From NCBI GenBank assembly GCA_013239625.1, contig MU055744.1, positions 836,355 to 900,354 on the forward strand: a stretch of 64,000 nucleotides of DNA, read 5' to 3'. Positions 1 through 13,680 of the stretch are shown here, piece after piece. The position numbers and the translations under genes were made by a program. Origin of the DNA: Lama guanicoe (Eukaryota). Each line of letters starts with the position of its first letter. The stretch's first letter is position 1. Under the pieces are notes generated by a model. The model had not been told where the DNA came from and made no database searches. It saw only the letters and a program-made list of their open reading frames with translations.

Positions 1-870
1 ATCCTGCGCAGGAAAGTCGTCTCTTCTCCTGGTTTATTCCTTACTCAATCGCACGTGTGTGTCGGTGTGCAGCCGTGGGTGTGCGTGCTACCACCGGCGT
101 TCTGCTCCAATTGCATGTCTGTTGTTACTCAAGTCATTGCAGCTTTGGCCGTTGGCACCTTGGTCAGGGTGACTCCTGTGACCCCCTTTTTTCTGAGCAC
201 ACCCCGATCTTCTGTCCTTACAGGATGCTCCAGGCTCCTCATGTGTGTTTCCTGCCCCAGCCCTAGAACCAGCCATGTCCCCAAGGAGCCCTGGCTCTTT
301 TCATTGGAGGATGGTGTTAGAAACCAGGACGCGGGCGCCAGGTGCTCAGTGCGGCTGGGCGTCACTGCTTCTCACTCTTCCCAGCAGAAGAGCCAGGGGG
401 TCTACGTGTGCTCTCTGAGCCGTGTGTGCAAACTTATCTGTAATTATTTCTGTGTCTGACCACCTCTGTTACGCTAACACAAGTTCATTCTTACGTCTCC
501 GACTTTAATCCAGTGCCACGTGGTCCGCCTGAGCGCTCCCCTTTGCTTGTCTGTAACCCCCCGCCAGCAGCGAGAAGCCTAGATTGCACTGCTCACCCTG
601 TGGCCATTTATCTGCTCCCTCCCAGGGTGCAAGGACTGCGACCTCAGAACGGCTAACCCAGACCCCCACAGGAAACAACTTTACCAACCAGCACAGCATT
701 TACGTACCGTTCCTTTCAGCTTTACTCTTACCATTTCTAACCAAAATACCATCTCCCACAGTTACTTAGTTCCTTTCAGAGAGTTACATCATGTGCCTGC
801 AACACAGTTAGAGTCTTTCGTCACAGTCACATTCCATCCCGGGATCCCCTCAGCTCTTGGTTGATTTCTT
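1..870 (-). mobile_element. Old L1 (L1MD/L1MC-like) 3' region fragment, antisense
   Basis: Motifs such as 'ccctagaaccagccatgtccccaaggagccctggctcttttcattggaggatggtgttagaaacca' resemble recalled L1MD/MC 3' UTR consensus; boundaries approximate. Confidence 0.65.
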
Positions 871-874
871 AAAA

Positions 875-1760
875 TTTTAAGCATTAAAGTTCACTCCATG
901 TGCTGTCAAGCTTGTGTAGGTTTTGACAAATGCATAGTGTCATGCATCCACCACCCAGTGCCAAACAGATCGACCCCGCCAGCCCAAAAATTCCCCTGTG
1001 CCTCTCCACCCCCCACCCCCACACCCAGCCCCTGGCAACCGCTGATCTGTTTCCTATCTTTACAGTCCTGCCTTTTCCAGAACGTCATATCAATGGAATC
1101 CTGCAGTGTGCAGCCTTTCTGCTCTGGCTTCCTTCACTTAGCAGAATGCATTTAAGCCTCCCCTGCGATGCTGCAAGAATTAGCAGCCCTTTCCTTTTCA
1201 TTGCTCGACAATGTGCTGCTGTCCCGAAGTCCCACAAGGTCACCGTGGTCACTTCCAGGTTTCGGTGATTCCAAATCCTGCTGCTCTGAACACTCCCCTG
1301 CAGGCTCTTCTATGAGCACGAGTTCTCGATTCACTTAGGTAGCCACGTACATGTGTGATTCCGGCCCCCGCGTTTGGTCTCCGTTTTACTGTGGAAGAAA
1401 CTGCCGACTGTCTTCCAAAGCGGCTGCGCCCTTCTGCACTCCCACCGGCAAGAAACGAGCGCACGGCTCCACGCCTTTTCATACTCCTTGTTTGTTCAGC
1501 TCTTGCGCCCATTTTTAAATCGGGTGGTTTTCTTCCTCTCGAGTTTGAAGGATTCTGATTGCATTCAAAATACAAGTCCTTATCAGGTGTAAGATTTGCA
1601 AATATTTCCCCCCTCCCCCCGTCTGTGGCTTGTCTTTTGTCTCCAGATAGAGTTTCTTCCACTTTTTTCAACACATTTTGTGCTTTTTCCGTGAAGACCC
1701 CACACGTGCTTTGCTAAGTTGACCCTGAGTACTTCATTGTTCGCTGGTGCTAGTCAACTG
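875..1760 (-). mobile_element. L1MB/L1MC-like 3' end fragment, antisense
   Basis: 'ttttgacaaatgcatagtgtcatgcatccacc', 'cccctggcaaccgctgatctg', 'gatttgcaaatatttccccc' are typical antisense L1M 3' end/ORF2 text. Confidence 0.8.
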
Positions 1761-1964
1761 ATACTTGGCAATAACATAAAGGCGGTTTCACAGCTGGTGC
1801 TGCAACAGTTGTATCCACTGCAAGCAAGCAAGCAACAACAGCAAAAGACAGCCAACTCCAACCCATACCTCTCACTAAACAAAAAAAGCAGAAAGACCCA
1901 AAGTTCCATGTAAGCCAGCTCTCCGCCAGGCCTCCGCAGCCGGGCACCCAGCCTCCGGGTGAAA

Positions 1965-2150
1965 GCACAGAGGCCAGGGCTCCGGACTTGAATCCATTCT
2001 CCACCATTTACCAGCCGTGGGACTGCAGTGAGTGGCTTCAGTGCCTCTGTGCCTCAGTTTCTCCAGCTGCAAAAGGAAGATAATAATACAGCGACCTGGT
2101 GGGCTGTCCTGAGTCCAGAGAGAACACACAGGACGCGCTAGGACAGTGTC
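1965..2150 (+). mobile_element. MIR SINE fragment
   Basis: MIR core 'ctctgtgcctcagtttctccagctgcaaaaggaagataataata'. Confidence 0.75.
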
Positions 2151-2220
2151 TGCGACACGTTTGACCTGAACAGCCGTTGCTACATTGTCAAGGTCACAAC
2201 CACATCATCCACCTTTGCCA

Positions 2221-2381
2221 CTCCTGTACCCACAGCCCCACCCCTGCACCCACAACCCCAGCCCTGGGCCCATAGACCCGCCCCTATGCCCACAGCCCCG
2301 CCCCTGTACCCACAACCCTGCCCTTGCACCCACAACACCGCCCCTGTACCCACAACCCTGCCCTTGCACCCCACAGCCCTG
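2221..2381 (+). repeat. C-rich minisatellite, 8 copies of a 20-bp unit (consensus CCCCTGYACCCACARCCCYG)
   Basis: Units in register at 2221, 2241, 2261, 2281, 2301, 2321, 2341, 2361; units at 2301 and 2341 are identical. Confidence 0.9.
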
Positions 2382-5300
2382 CCGCTGCCAGAGGCCCCCC
2401 AGGATCTCCAAGGGTCCTCCCATGTTTCTGTCCTCAGATCTCAGCAACCTGCCACCACCACTGAGGTCCCCTGGGAGGTGAGACTGGCGCTTGACCCAAA
2501 GCTGCAACCCCTTGTCCCGGTCCTACTGAAGCCATATTGGGATTTGGGGTGGGGGGCGGGGGGCACATCCTGTGAACACGGACTCCACCTACAGGCTGCA
2601 GTAACCCACCATCTCAGCCAGGGGGTCAAAGTTAAGAGGGCCTGCGGCTGCCCAGGGTCACAAGGCTAAGACTGGTGCGAGGTCTGATGCCTTCGCTGGG
2701 GCCTTGCCTGCTGGGCTCCCGGCCCCGGCTTTATTAAAACTCCATCACCCAGAGACCGGCTCTTTGCAGGAGGACCTTGGCTGGGGTGGAGGGGGGCCAG
2801 GCTGAGAGGGGCAGAGGAGCCACGTTACAGGGGACGCTGCAAACATTTCTAACCTTTAATCTTTTCCAACATGTCCTTGCAAACCACACAGAGGCCTTGA
2901 AATCATCGCCCTCACCTGGGAGAGTTGCACAGACTGACACGTTGGGGACCTGACCGCATATGGCGGCGGGAGACTTGCCCCATGACAGCTTGGGAGCAGG
3001 CTGGCTCTGGGATCTGAAAGAGAAGAAGCCTCTGCCCTTTGCCAGGCTCAGCCCTCCCACACGCGGGCCCCGGCTTCGTCTTCCACACACATCTGCAAGC
3101 CAAGTGTCTGCTCCGGGAAGTGGGCTGGCTGGGCCGGGGCTCGCAGTCACAGTGCGTGAGGAGCGCAGCCCGGCTCCAGCTCACTTCCTGCCGATTAGAA
3201 CATCCCCCCAGGGGCTCCTGAGCCCCAGTGTGCTGGCGTGAATCTGCAGAGCACAGCTCCGACAGACACAAAATGTATAGGAGCAGCCAGGCCTGGGCCA
3301 GAGGCCCTGCAGGCACAGGGCTGACGTGGTCCCGGCAGCCCCCAGCCGGCTGCAGGCCGCGGGAGTGCTCTCCCACAGGCCGTCCAGCCACCATCAGGGA
3401 GAGGCGGCACCCCAAGTCCAGCCCCAGGGAGCCCCTGCAAGTTGGGGGAGAGTCCACCTCCGCTGTGGGCGCCTAGCCCAGTGGCACAGAGCAGGCGCCG
3501 GGGCCTTGGGCAAACCTAGATTCAAAAGTACTGGGCCCCTCGCTCGCCAAGGAGGTGGCCGTCCCCCGTGGGCCTGTTTCCCCATCCATAGCACGGGGCG
3601 GTCCGGGCGGCCCGAGCTGCCGGGAGGACTCGGTGAGGAGTGAGCATCTCTGCCAATGGCCACGTTTCACGGTTCCCTGGACCCTGACCGTGTGAGGTCG
3701 CGGACCCCTTCAGGCGGGTGGACGGGCCCCCCAGAGAGCATGGCCTCTGCTGGGCTGACTCCAGTGTCTCCCAAGTTCCAGACATGGCCTGGCACACAGC
3801 AGGTGCTCCAAAAACACTCCCACTGACCACCAGTCTGCTGGCACAGACCTCCGGTTCTGACTTGAGACTGAAGGCTCTCTGAGGGAAGAGCACTGAGCAG
3901 AAACAGCCAGCGAGACGGCAGCCGGGCGCAGGGAGAAGCCCGCCACCTACTTCTTTGGAATCAGAGCCCCCATCTGGCAGCCTCCTGGGGCCCCAGGGAA
4001 GACCCTGCCATCTCTGAGTCTCACTTTCCCGTCTGAAACCAGCGGGGTTGAGTCCATCTGCAGGCCCAGCTGGTTCTCAGCGCCTTCCTTCCAGGACGTG
4101 GTAAGTGATTTATCAAAGGCTTTGGAAAGCCCTCCCCACCCTGACCAGGGCTATGACTGAGAGAGGAAGTTCCCGAGATTTCAACCGTCTCTTCGATGTC
4201 TTCCAGCCCATTTCCACCTCCGGACGCCGCATCCCCGCCCCCGGCCGTCCCTTCCTCTGTGCGGTTTTAACAATGTTAGCCTAGAGAGCAGCGTGCATGT
4301 GACAGCGATCACCAAGGGACATGGCAGATTCATCCCAGAGGAGCATTGGCCCAGAGAAGGCAAGCAACCTGCCCAAGACCACACAGCATGGTGAATGGCA
4401 TGGACTCAGCCCTGAGTCCTCCTCTCCACCTAAATGCACGTCCGGCGCCGTCCTGAGGGCCTGGTTTTCTTGTCCTCAGAGCATCTGAGGGCCCCCTGAC
4501 TGTGCAGGAGCCCTTGCAGCTGCTAGACACCCTCCCCATGGGGGGCTCACCACCTGGGGACACCAACCCTCCGAGCTCCTCTGGGTAACTGGAGCCCCAC
4601 CCTGAGCCCCACCCCAGCCTGGGCCAGCTCCTGGGGCCTCGTGGGAGCCGCCAGCCCAGCATGCGAATGAGCTCTGCCTTCACGTCTGCTCTCCAGATGC
4701 CCTGGTCCCAGGCCTCTTCTGATCCCTGCCCCAAGCACACAATTCCACAGCTTGTCCTCAGAAGACGAAGGTCACACAGCATGTGTGCCTGCTCTCTGCT
4801 CAGCCCGTCCCAGCTGAGCCCACAGCCAGGACGGCCAGTGGATGCCACCGTGTGTGCCCTTGGGGTGGCTCCACGAGGCTGACAGGAGAACAGAGCAAGG
4901 TCAGCCTCGATTGGGCAGGAATGAGCTGGGATGGATCCATGATGTCTGCCCTGCCACGAACGGAGACGGGCTCACCTGTAACCTACCAGGTGACCACCTG
5001 GGCGCCTCCAGAGTCTGTCTGCTGGTTCCTGATCCATGCTCAGTCCAGGGCTCTGCCAGGGCCGTGCTCCTTGCTCACAGACAGCTCCCCAAAGCAGACC
5101 CCTGGGGTCCACATGGACAGGACCCTGTAACACCTGAACTGCTGCCACCCAACCCGCCCCCACCCCCAGGCCGAGGAGGAGGAGTCTGCCCCGTCTCAGG
5201 TGAGAACTGAACCCCAGGGGCCACGTAACAGTAAGGCAGGTTCAAACCCAGGTCTCTCTGAGGGCGAGGTCTGAGACCCCCACCATCCACTGCCGCAGCT

Positions 5301-5809
5301 CCCCACCTCCTCTGGGCTACCCTCTTCAGTCCTTACACCTCGTTTTGCATCCTGAGACCCTAAACTCTCATCTCCCAACTTGCACATCTGTCTCGAGCCC
5401 CCCGAACCCCTTCCACCCCCAGTGCATCTGCTCACCTGGCCACCTGCAGTGCCCGCTCCACCTCCCCACACCTGGCTCTCCCCCTCAGGCCTGCGGGGCC
5501 CAGCGCACTCTGTGTCTCCCCCAAGATCCACCACCATCCGAGCCCCCCAGGTGGGCTGGTGCCCCTCTGCGGCTGGAGCACTCTGTCTGTTTGTAGGGAA
5601 ATAAAATGCCCCTCCCCACCTGCCAACCCCCCGCCTCTCCTCTGCCTGCAGCGGCTTTCAGCAAGAAAGTGTAAGGAGACAGAGACATTATCAGCACGAG
5701 ATCTCATCAGAGGCATGCGAAGAGAGGTGTCACCATTGTCACCAGGTGCATTTGCAACGTGCTTTTTTTTGGTGGCGACAGAGGGACCTAGAAACTTCCA
5801 GGGATGTGT

Positions 5810-5820
5810 GGGAAATTCCC
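5810..5820. promoter_or_regulatory. NF-kB consensus site GGGAAATTCCC
   Basis: Exact motif in a non-repetitive, locally AT-richer block; function untested. Confidence 0.3.
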
Positions 5821-8800
5821 TGAAGGCTCTGACCATGCACCTGGCTGAGCTGGTTCTGGGGGCACCGGGGGCCGAAGGAAAAGCTCACACGGACGCGGCC
5901 CCTCTGTGTGCCTGCCAAGTCCTCCGGGCCAGGACTGCCATCTTCACGGTCATGGCCCGGCGCCCAGGGGAGCTCGCTAAGAGCCGCCTGAGAACCCAGG
6001 GGCACCGCGGGGCGGGGGCCTGCCTCCGCGCTCTCTCTCAACCCAGCGTGGAGCCTGGTCCCCACTTGCCAGGTCCGCCGGCCGGCACCACGCCTGGCAG
6101 GCCGTAGGCATTCCAGAAACATCCATTGTGTGCAGGTCTGGTGAGGAGAGCCGTGGCTGGGGCGGCGCTCCTCCCACAGGCCATGGCGGTGCCCTCAGGG
6201 CAGCGCCCCTGCTCCTGCTGCTCTGGGTCGGACAGCAGCTGCCTGTGCTTCTGAGCAGCAGCGACGTCACTTAAGAACCAGGAGGAGGTGTTGGGGGGAC
6301 CTGTGTCCCTAACCCCGACACTGTCCAGGCTCCAGGACAGCCGCTGAAGGCCCGGTCGCTGAGCACAGCCAGGACAGCCGTCGTCCCTGCCAAGTCGACC
6401 CACCCGGCTTGATGGCAGTGCCCGTCATTCCCCACCCCTGACCAGTCACTTCCAGTTGCCTGAAAGGAAGACACTGCAGGCTGGCTCGGCCGCAGGGAGA
6501 TGTGCTTGGTCGGGGCCTCAGTAAAATCAGAGTCTAACATGTGAAGCTTCTTAAGCTCAGCGTTTATCCTTCCAAATGCTGACCAAGCGCCTGAGGCGCG
6601 GCCGGTCGGCCCTGCCCCAGGGAAGCCGTGGTCCAGGCAGGCTTGCCTGCAGGGGTGCGGGCACGGGCGGGAGCAGACCCTCAGCTGCCTCATCTGCTAA
6701 TGGGACAGACAGCACCCAGAGGATCCCCAAGAGACGGTGCTTGAGAGGCTGGGAGTGGTGCCCAGCGTGCGGCTGGTGGTCCCTCCAAGGCAGTGTGGAT
6801 TGTCTCAGGTCACATGGGAGAATGCCTGGGTCACATCTCCTTGAGGCCACTCCTCGTCTCCGGGGCTCCTGCCCGTGCTGCCCGGCCCACTGCTCTCAGG
6901 GAGGCCCACCCAAGCCCTGTCCGCCAGGACTGCGTGGCCGGGCCAGGCGGGGTCCCAGAGCCCTGCTGGGCACAGACCCCAGCCCCGCCCGGGCCTCCAG
7001 CTACTTAACTCGGCCGTCCAGGTGTCCCCCCTTCTTTCCATTTCAATCATCTCAGGGCAATTTCCTTTCTCGTCTGAACACGGATTCAGCTCCAGATGGC
7101 TTCCTCCCTCCATCCCCTCTACCGGGGTCTCTGGCCAAACCCCGGGGCTGAAGTTGGAGAAGGAGCAGCACGGGTGGGGGGTGGGCAGGAAGGCCCTGGC
7201 GGCGGTGTGCACGTGGAAACGGCAGTCCCGCCCGGAGGGGCCCGGCCGAGTGAGGCTCGGGGCTGGTCCCACCAAACCAGGCGCGGTGGCCACAGCTATG
7301 CCACAGCACATTTTTAGACCGTGAGTCAACTGTTAATAGAGTGATTTTTTTTTAATCACCCTAGAAGGAAGGCTGATTTATAGCTCTTCTCGGCTGGGGC
7401 TGAGTCGGCAGGGAGGGGGCCTAAGAGAGACTTGGGTAGAGGGAGGGGGCGGGGGGCCCCAGACCAACCATGGGTCAGAGGAAGTGTGCAGAGCCCCCGG
7501 CCATCTCCAGGAGGAGCCTGCTCCCTGAGACGAGGGACAAGCAAGACTCCATGCTCCTATCAGTCAGGATGCGAGGGGCTCTCCCTCGGCTCTGACACCA
7601 GCTGGTGTCTCTGGGGCCCCAACTCCTCACTACGAGGTATGTAAACCAGTCACAGAAGTGGCTTTTCTGTGTTCCCAGCCTGTGCCCAGGCTCGTGAGTG
7701 TCAAGCGATGAATAAGAGAAACCTCTTATGCAGAACAGGCAACGTGTGTGAAAAAGAAAGTTCCGGATCTAAAGAACGGTGGACACATCCTTCCGAGCCT
7801 GCGGAGCAGGGCTGAGGCGGAGAGGGCCCCATCTGACCTGCCTGTTTACGTTTCGGGGCCGCGGGGGCCGCACGGCATCGCTCCCTACGCAGTCCTCCCA
7901 GCCGGGCAGCGGCGGGCGGGGCTGGGGAGGCTGATGCAACAGAGCCTGCCGGCTACGGGCACACCAGCCCTCCCTGCCCCGTCCCGGACAAAGTCACTCC
8001 CTCTTGCCGCCACCGGGGCTCCTGTAGGGGCCTCCGCTTGGAGTGAGGGGCGGAGAGCCGAGACCTGCCAGCTCAGTGACCCAGCCTCCGTCTTCTGGAC
8101 GATGGAGCCCCACGTCCACCGTCACTCCAGCCTGACAGCAAGCTCTGCCCGTGGCTGTGTGCCCGGGAACGTAGCTTCCCCAGGCCGCGGATCCCTCAGC
8201 CCCGAAACAAGAGGGGGCCGGTGACGATGGCGCGCTGTCTGCCCTGGGACAGCGCAGGGCGGGCGCCGCCCCGATCTGGCCCCGCTCCCTCCGGGTCCCA
8301 CCACCGCCCTCCCTCCTGGGACCAGGGCCTGCCGGGAGCCCTTCTCACGCAGCCCGCAGTCCACCTCCTGTAACTGAGAGGGACTGTTGAGGGTGCTTCT
8401 CTCTGCCGTGGCTCCACACAGATGAAAGGGAAGCAGAGAGGGGCAGGGACCTGCCTGAGCTCTCGGAGGCGGCAGTAGAGGGGGCCCTCGGGCAGGAGGG
8501 AGCTGGAAGGAGGGGCTCTGGGGGAGGCCAGAGCAGCAAGGCTGGTGGGACCTGAATGGAGCGGGACCCGGCTGGGCAGAGGTGACCACACGGAGATGGA
8601 CGGGGATGGTCCTGGGCGGGACATCTAGCCCGTCACCAGACCGTGGCCACGGCCCCTGCCCTGCCCCCCCACCACGCATGTCTGGTTGGGCACAGCCCGA
8701 AGATGCCCCTGGCCCTGGGAGGAGGGCTGGGTGAGCGCAGAGAAGGCTGGGCCTGGGGGTCCTGGGGCCTGAGAGCCGGACCGGCAGCCAGCAGCACCAC

Positions 8801-11167
8801 GAGAAGGGAGCCAGCTTCGGTGCAGAGACGTGAGTGCTGGTGATGTGGGGGCTCCCCTGGTCCCTACCCCCCACCAAGAAGGCGGGGCCTGTGGTGTCAA
8901 TCACACGGGAACTGTGGCCAGTGGGCTGGGTCCCAGTTCTGGGGAAGAAGCACAGATGACCCCCAGGGGCCTGGGGCGAGGTCTCCCACGGGCAGCAGCC
9001 GCAGCCTGCACGTCTGCCCATGCTGCTGAGCAGGGGCCCTGGCCCAGCCCTCCCTGGGCGCCCCGCGCCTGCACCAGGCCAACCCGGAGCGGCTGGGCAG
9101 TGCTGGTCGAGTGCACGATGCTGAGTGCAGGGCCCTGGGGCCCCCAAGACACAAGAAGGGGCTGGACATGTGAGGCTGTGAGGGAGTGAGGTCTCCACCT
9201 CCAGCCAGCAGGACGACCTTCTGCCCCCAAGCAGGGTCCCCAAACAAACCAGAGGTGAAGGGCAGTGGCTTACAGTGAAAGTCATTGTCATTAGACAGAA
9301 AAATCTTCCTTTTTAGTGGTGGGCAGAGCATGAACTTGGCCCAGGCACTTTAAATGAATATTCCAAACTTCCGACAAGCAGCAAGAGGCGGAGGAGACAC
9401 TGGGCCAGAGCCCCCGTGGACACTGTCCCAAGGCCCGCTCAGGGGGGTCCCCACGAGGCCCCCGGGAGAGTCAGAGGGAGCCCCCCAGCTCTGGCAGCCC
9501 AGGCCAGCCCCCACGGCCTGAGCAAGGCCTTCAGGGGCCCGGCGCTGCAGAGGGCAGCGCCCGCCCGCCTCTGCCCCCGGCCCCAGGCTGCAGTTCTAAA
9601 CAAAACAATCACGTACACTAACAGAAGGGGAAGAAGTCCAATAAAACCTTCACTTTCTCCCCAGTGACTACCTCAGTGCTTTTTACGGAATATTTTAAGA
9701 ATTAGTTTTGGTGTCCCTGGCTTGCTAAGTGTGCGTACTACGAACTCCTATTGATTTCAGCACCATACAGGCCTGGGAGTCTGGCTTTCTCCTGCAAACC
9801 ACCCCCAAGGACTCTCAGCGACGGCCCTCAGTTCCTCTCGGGGACCAGAGCCCCGTCCTCTGCGCGCCGTGCCCACCCCAGCCCCGGCCGGCACAGTGGC
9901 TCCTGCCGGCCGGGCGGGCCGGACTCCCGGGCAGAAACGCTCGGTAGGGCCCGGGCTCCCTCCTACGGGGCTGGCCTGGGACACTCGGGGATTCCATGGA
10001 TTCCGCTGCCCGGGGAAGTCAGTGGGTGCCCAAGCAGTTTGGAGGCTCTGCTTGCCGTCACTCACCCTCGGAGAAGCCGGCAGAACCGTCCGGCAAGGAG
10101 GGACTTACGGAAGAATGGACGCCACTGCCCCCGCGGCCGGGAGTGAGTGAGCACCAGCGACAGACTGGGTCTCGGCCGGTGGGGGGCAGAGCCGACACAC
10201 CCAGGGCAGTGGGGGTCTAAGAAGGCACAGTGGGGAGTCGGACACACCTGGCTCCTGCGTGACCCTGCGGAGTCCCTTGGGCTCTCTGCACCCGGCTGTC
10301 CCCGTCAGTAGAGGGACAGGATGCCTGTATCACATACGGGGCTGCAGTGAGGGCGGAAGACAGTAACGTACATGTATATGGTGCACACATCCACGCACGC
10401 TTGCATGCGCACGCCCAGCGCAGGGAGCGAGATTGTGGGCGCTGGAGTTCCGTGCCAGTAAGTGGTCAACAACCAGCTCGGGGCACTGGAGGCAGGACAG
10501 CCCCCCCGAAGCCTTTGCTGATTTCCACGGCATAACTATTCCCACCTCGCTGGATTGCAAGCTCCCAGCGCGCTGTCTCTGACTCAGAGCCGGGAGGGCG
10601 CGCCGTCAGCTCCGGCAGGCCAGTCCGCGGCTCCGGCACTCTGCCGGAGCCCACGCCACGGCGCCCCAGAGCGGTGGCCTGGTGGAGCCACGGAGGGGCC
10701 TTTTCAAGATGCAGCCGAGGGGACAGCTTGGAGATGACACCTTGTGAGTGTGAGGACGGGCCCCTCCAGGATACAGCAGACACCCTGGCCAGCGACCTGT
10801 TCCCAAGATGGCCAATACAAGTCTAAGAGCCAAGGGGAGTGCGGTGGGGTCCCTGCCACCAGCACTCCCAGGGATTAAGTGGGGAGCTTGTCTTCCTAGG
10901 CACGTTAACTCCAGGGTCCCAGAGAGAAACTTTCTCCAGGGGCAGTAAGAGCTCCCCACAACGTCCCCGTCGACCACCTCCTGGTAACGCCAGGCTCCGT
11001 GCACCCAGAGAGCCGCAGGTCGGGAGGGAAGTGGTCCCACCAGCAGGTGACTGGCCTGTTAACCAGGACTCACGGCCCCGCGGGGGGGCCAGGGAGGCCT
11101 GGAGTGCACGGTCCCACAGTGGGGGCAGGGAGGGACCCAGGATGAGCCAGCTCCGGGCACACCCCCA

Positions 11168-11170
<3 letters not shown>

Positions 11171-11198
<28 letters not shown>
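11171..11198 (+). repeat. (TG)14 microsatellite
   Basis: Direct reading. Confidence 0.95.
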
Positions 11199-12530
11199 GT
11201 GACCTGGGCTCTGGGCCCTCGGGGGATCCCCTCCAGACCTACGCCTGGGCCGGGGCTGTAGTCAAGGCTGGGAGGGATCAAGGTTGGGAGGTGGGGAGAC
11301 AGAGCGGTGACCAGCAGGTTCCTGTTCTATGAGCGGCAGTGGGATGAGGGGGATGCATGCCGTGCTGGCCCCCGAACTGTTCTGTCAAGTGTCCCCGGGA
11401 AGGGGCTCACCCCCAGCCCGGGAGGAGCTGATTTTCCAGGTGGGGTGTGGATCTCGTGAAGTGAGCAGGCATTGCGGCCCCAGGGTGACTGGAGTGGACG
11501 CTGGACCTCAAGCCTGGTGCTCAACCCCGTGCTGCAGCTGCAGCTGCATCTCCCCGGCAGCTGCTCTCGACCAGAGGAGACCGCTGTGCAAGGTCACCCC
11601 TCCCCAGGCCCCCTGCGTCCCCTGACTCATCACACAGAGTACAGAGGCTCGGGGCCTCCCCTCGGCTGCCGTCCCGCTGCAGAGCGCCATCCGGAAGCAC
11701 CACAGCCCAGCCCGCCCTCTGCCCAGGCCCGTGCTCCTCGCTATTTCAGGCCTTGCTCCCAAAAGCTCCCCCAAACCATCTGCACATAATTCTGCCTTTC
11801 TGAGGCTTCCAGAGATTCCACCCTCCAGGAAGAAGCGCGGCCCCGGCCCCGGTGGTTCCACGACCAGACGTGGGGGGAGGGCCCGGGGCTCCGCCTGCCC
11901 CTGCACTGGCGGAGAGGTGTGGGGCGCTTGGTGACCCGCTGTCCCTGAGAGTCCCCCGACCCTCCCTCCAGCAGGCAGGGGCAGGACGGCAGCGGGAGCC
12001 TGTCCCGGGGTGAGTGTGGGTTTAATTAGTGGCACCAAAAAATCATGGGGTTGACTGTTGACTCCCTTCCGGAGGGGGCTGGGGGGGTTAGCTGCACGTA
12101 AACGAGGGCTGGCTCCCCGTGTGCATGTGGGATTCTGGCCTGGGATTTGCAGAAAGGGAGAGAGCCAGGCCCAGATTCCTCCAGGAAAACACCTGGGGTT
12201 CTCCTGAAGACTGGGGAGAAACGGTTCCGTGTCCACACCAGCAGCCTCAGGCTGGAGTGGGCTCCGGCCTGCGTGGATCTAGACAGGCCGGAGGTGGACC
12301 ATCTCAAGTGCAGCCTGGGGCACGGGGGGCCTCTGTGCGGATGCCCAGGGTCTGCAGCTTTCAAACAGGGGGTCCCAGAGCCCCATGGGGCGGGGCCTCA
12401 GAGGCTGAGGGCGAGGGGGCTGCTCCCCTTGAGCACCCACCTCGGTCCCGCTCACCTCCTGGATGTCCACATGGGACTTCCTGTGGCCGAGGAAAGTCAA
12501 AAACATGTGGGCACAGAATGACGGCCCTGC

Positions 12531-12670
12531 TCTCGCGAGGTCCCCGCCGGAAACGGAATCGCAAGACGGCGGGGCTTCTGCAGCCACATGTGGGTCGGGT
12601 ACCGAACTGCCCAGTTCCACGTAGGCAGCCGCCAGGACCGCATGGGCGGGGGAAGGGTAACCATGGCAAC
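12531..12670. promoter_or_regulatory. Candidate promoter/enhancer: TCTCGCGAG(G) motif, CCGGAA ETS core, GC box, RFX X-box GTAACCATGGCAAC (12657-12670)
   Basis: Four promoter-type motifs within 140 bp in a CpG-containing stretch; X-box fits GTNRCC-N(0-3)-RGYAAC. Confidence 0.4.
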
Positions 12671-13680
12671 CTCCCCAGTCATCGCTAAGCAATTCCTCCA
12701 CAATGTACAATTGCTCTGTTTATAGGAAGAATGCTGCCCATATATTCTGGTTTTCCATGCACAATACTTCACTAGGAAAGAATGCAGAGCCCACCAGAAG
12801 GAGCGCACGGTGCTCTTTGCTCCGTCAGCCAGACCTCTTCCCGGTCTGCGGGGAACGTGATGGATGGGCTGGACCGCTCTCCCTGCAACCCGAGAAGGTG
12901 TGGACTGCCCAGCCTCCGAGCTGCTGCCCGCAGGAGGGTCCCCACAGGTCGAACCTCGGGGTCGTTCCGCTTGAAAGCCTCCCAGAGGCAGAAGGGGCGT
13001 GGGACTGCGCTGGCCGTGTGTCTGGGCTCTGACATCGGGCCAAACCACCGCAGCACTGGTTCATCAGAAGGAAATTTCAACCAGCTGAAAGCACGAGGGA
13101 GTCTGACTTCTCGCTGGCGGAGGCCACAGACGCTGCTCCGTGACTTCAGCTGAGCCTCAGTCCTGGGGCGGGGGATGGGACCCACACATGCTTCCTTGCA
13201 ACATTTAGTTCAAATTTAGGAGAGAAAGATGAGTTTCAGACACTAAAAATAATCTTCGGGGACTTTTCCAGGAAAAGAAACGGCCCCGCCACTGGGCCAG
13301 GCCTGGGAGAAACGCTTTCCCTCTCTGCTCCATCTTTGCTGCATGTGGCGGCCGTGTCCTTGGTGTCCCGAGCTCGGCCTGTAATTTCCTGAGAACTGGA
13401 AAATCCAGATGTTCCCCAGTTTAGACTTTCCAGCTCAGAACAATGAATTTTAGTAAAATGTACCCTGGAAGTTCTTTGAAACTTTTTTTTTAATGGGATG
13501 TGCATTACAGAAAAGTGCAGAAACCAAAAAAGCATTGCTCAGTGAATGACCATGGAGTATGTGGCCAGGCGTTGGCATCCAGGTCCCGGCTGCTGCAGAT
13601 GTGACCGCCCCCCTGGAAACCCGTGGGCCCCTCCTACCACAGCCCCTTCACCTATCTCCAGAGCCCCAGCCACCAGTAAC

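Noticed and set aside
8122-9291. Longest ORFs (389 aa here; also 54645-55598, 60185-61156, 38654-39547)
   Set aside because: Stop-poor frames are expected at this GC content; composition is dominated by Pro/Gly/Ala/Arg, overlapping frames are open on both strands, and no domain is recognisable
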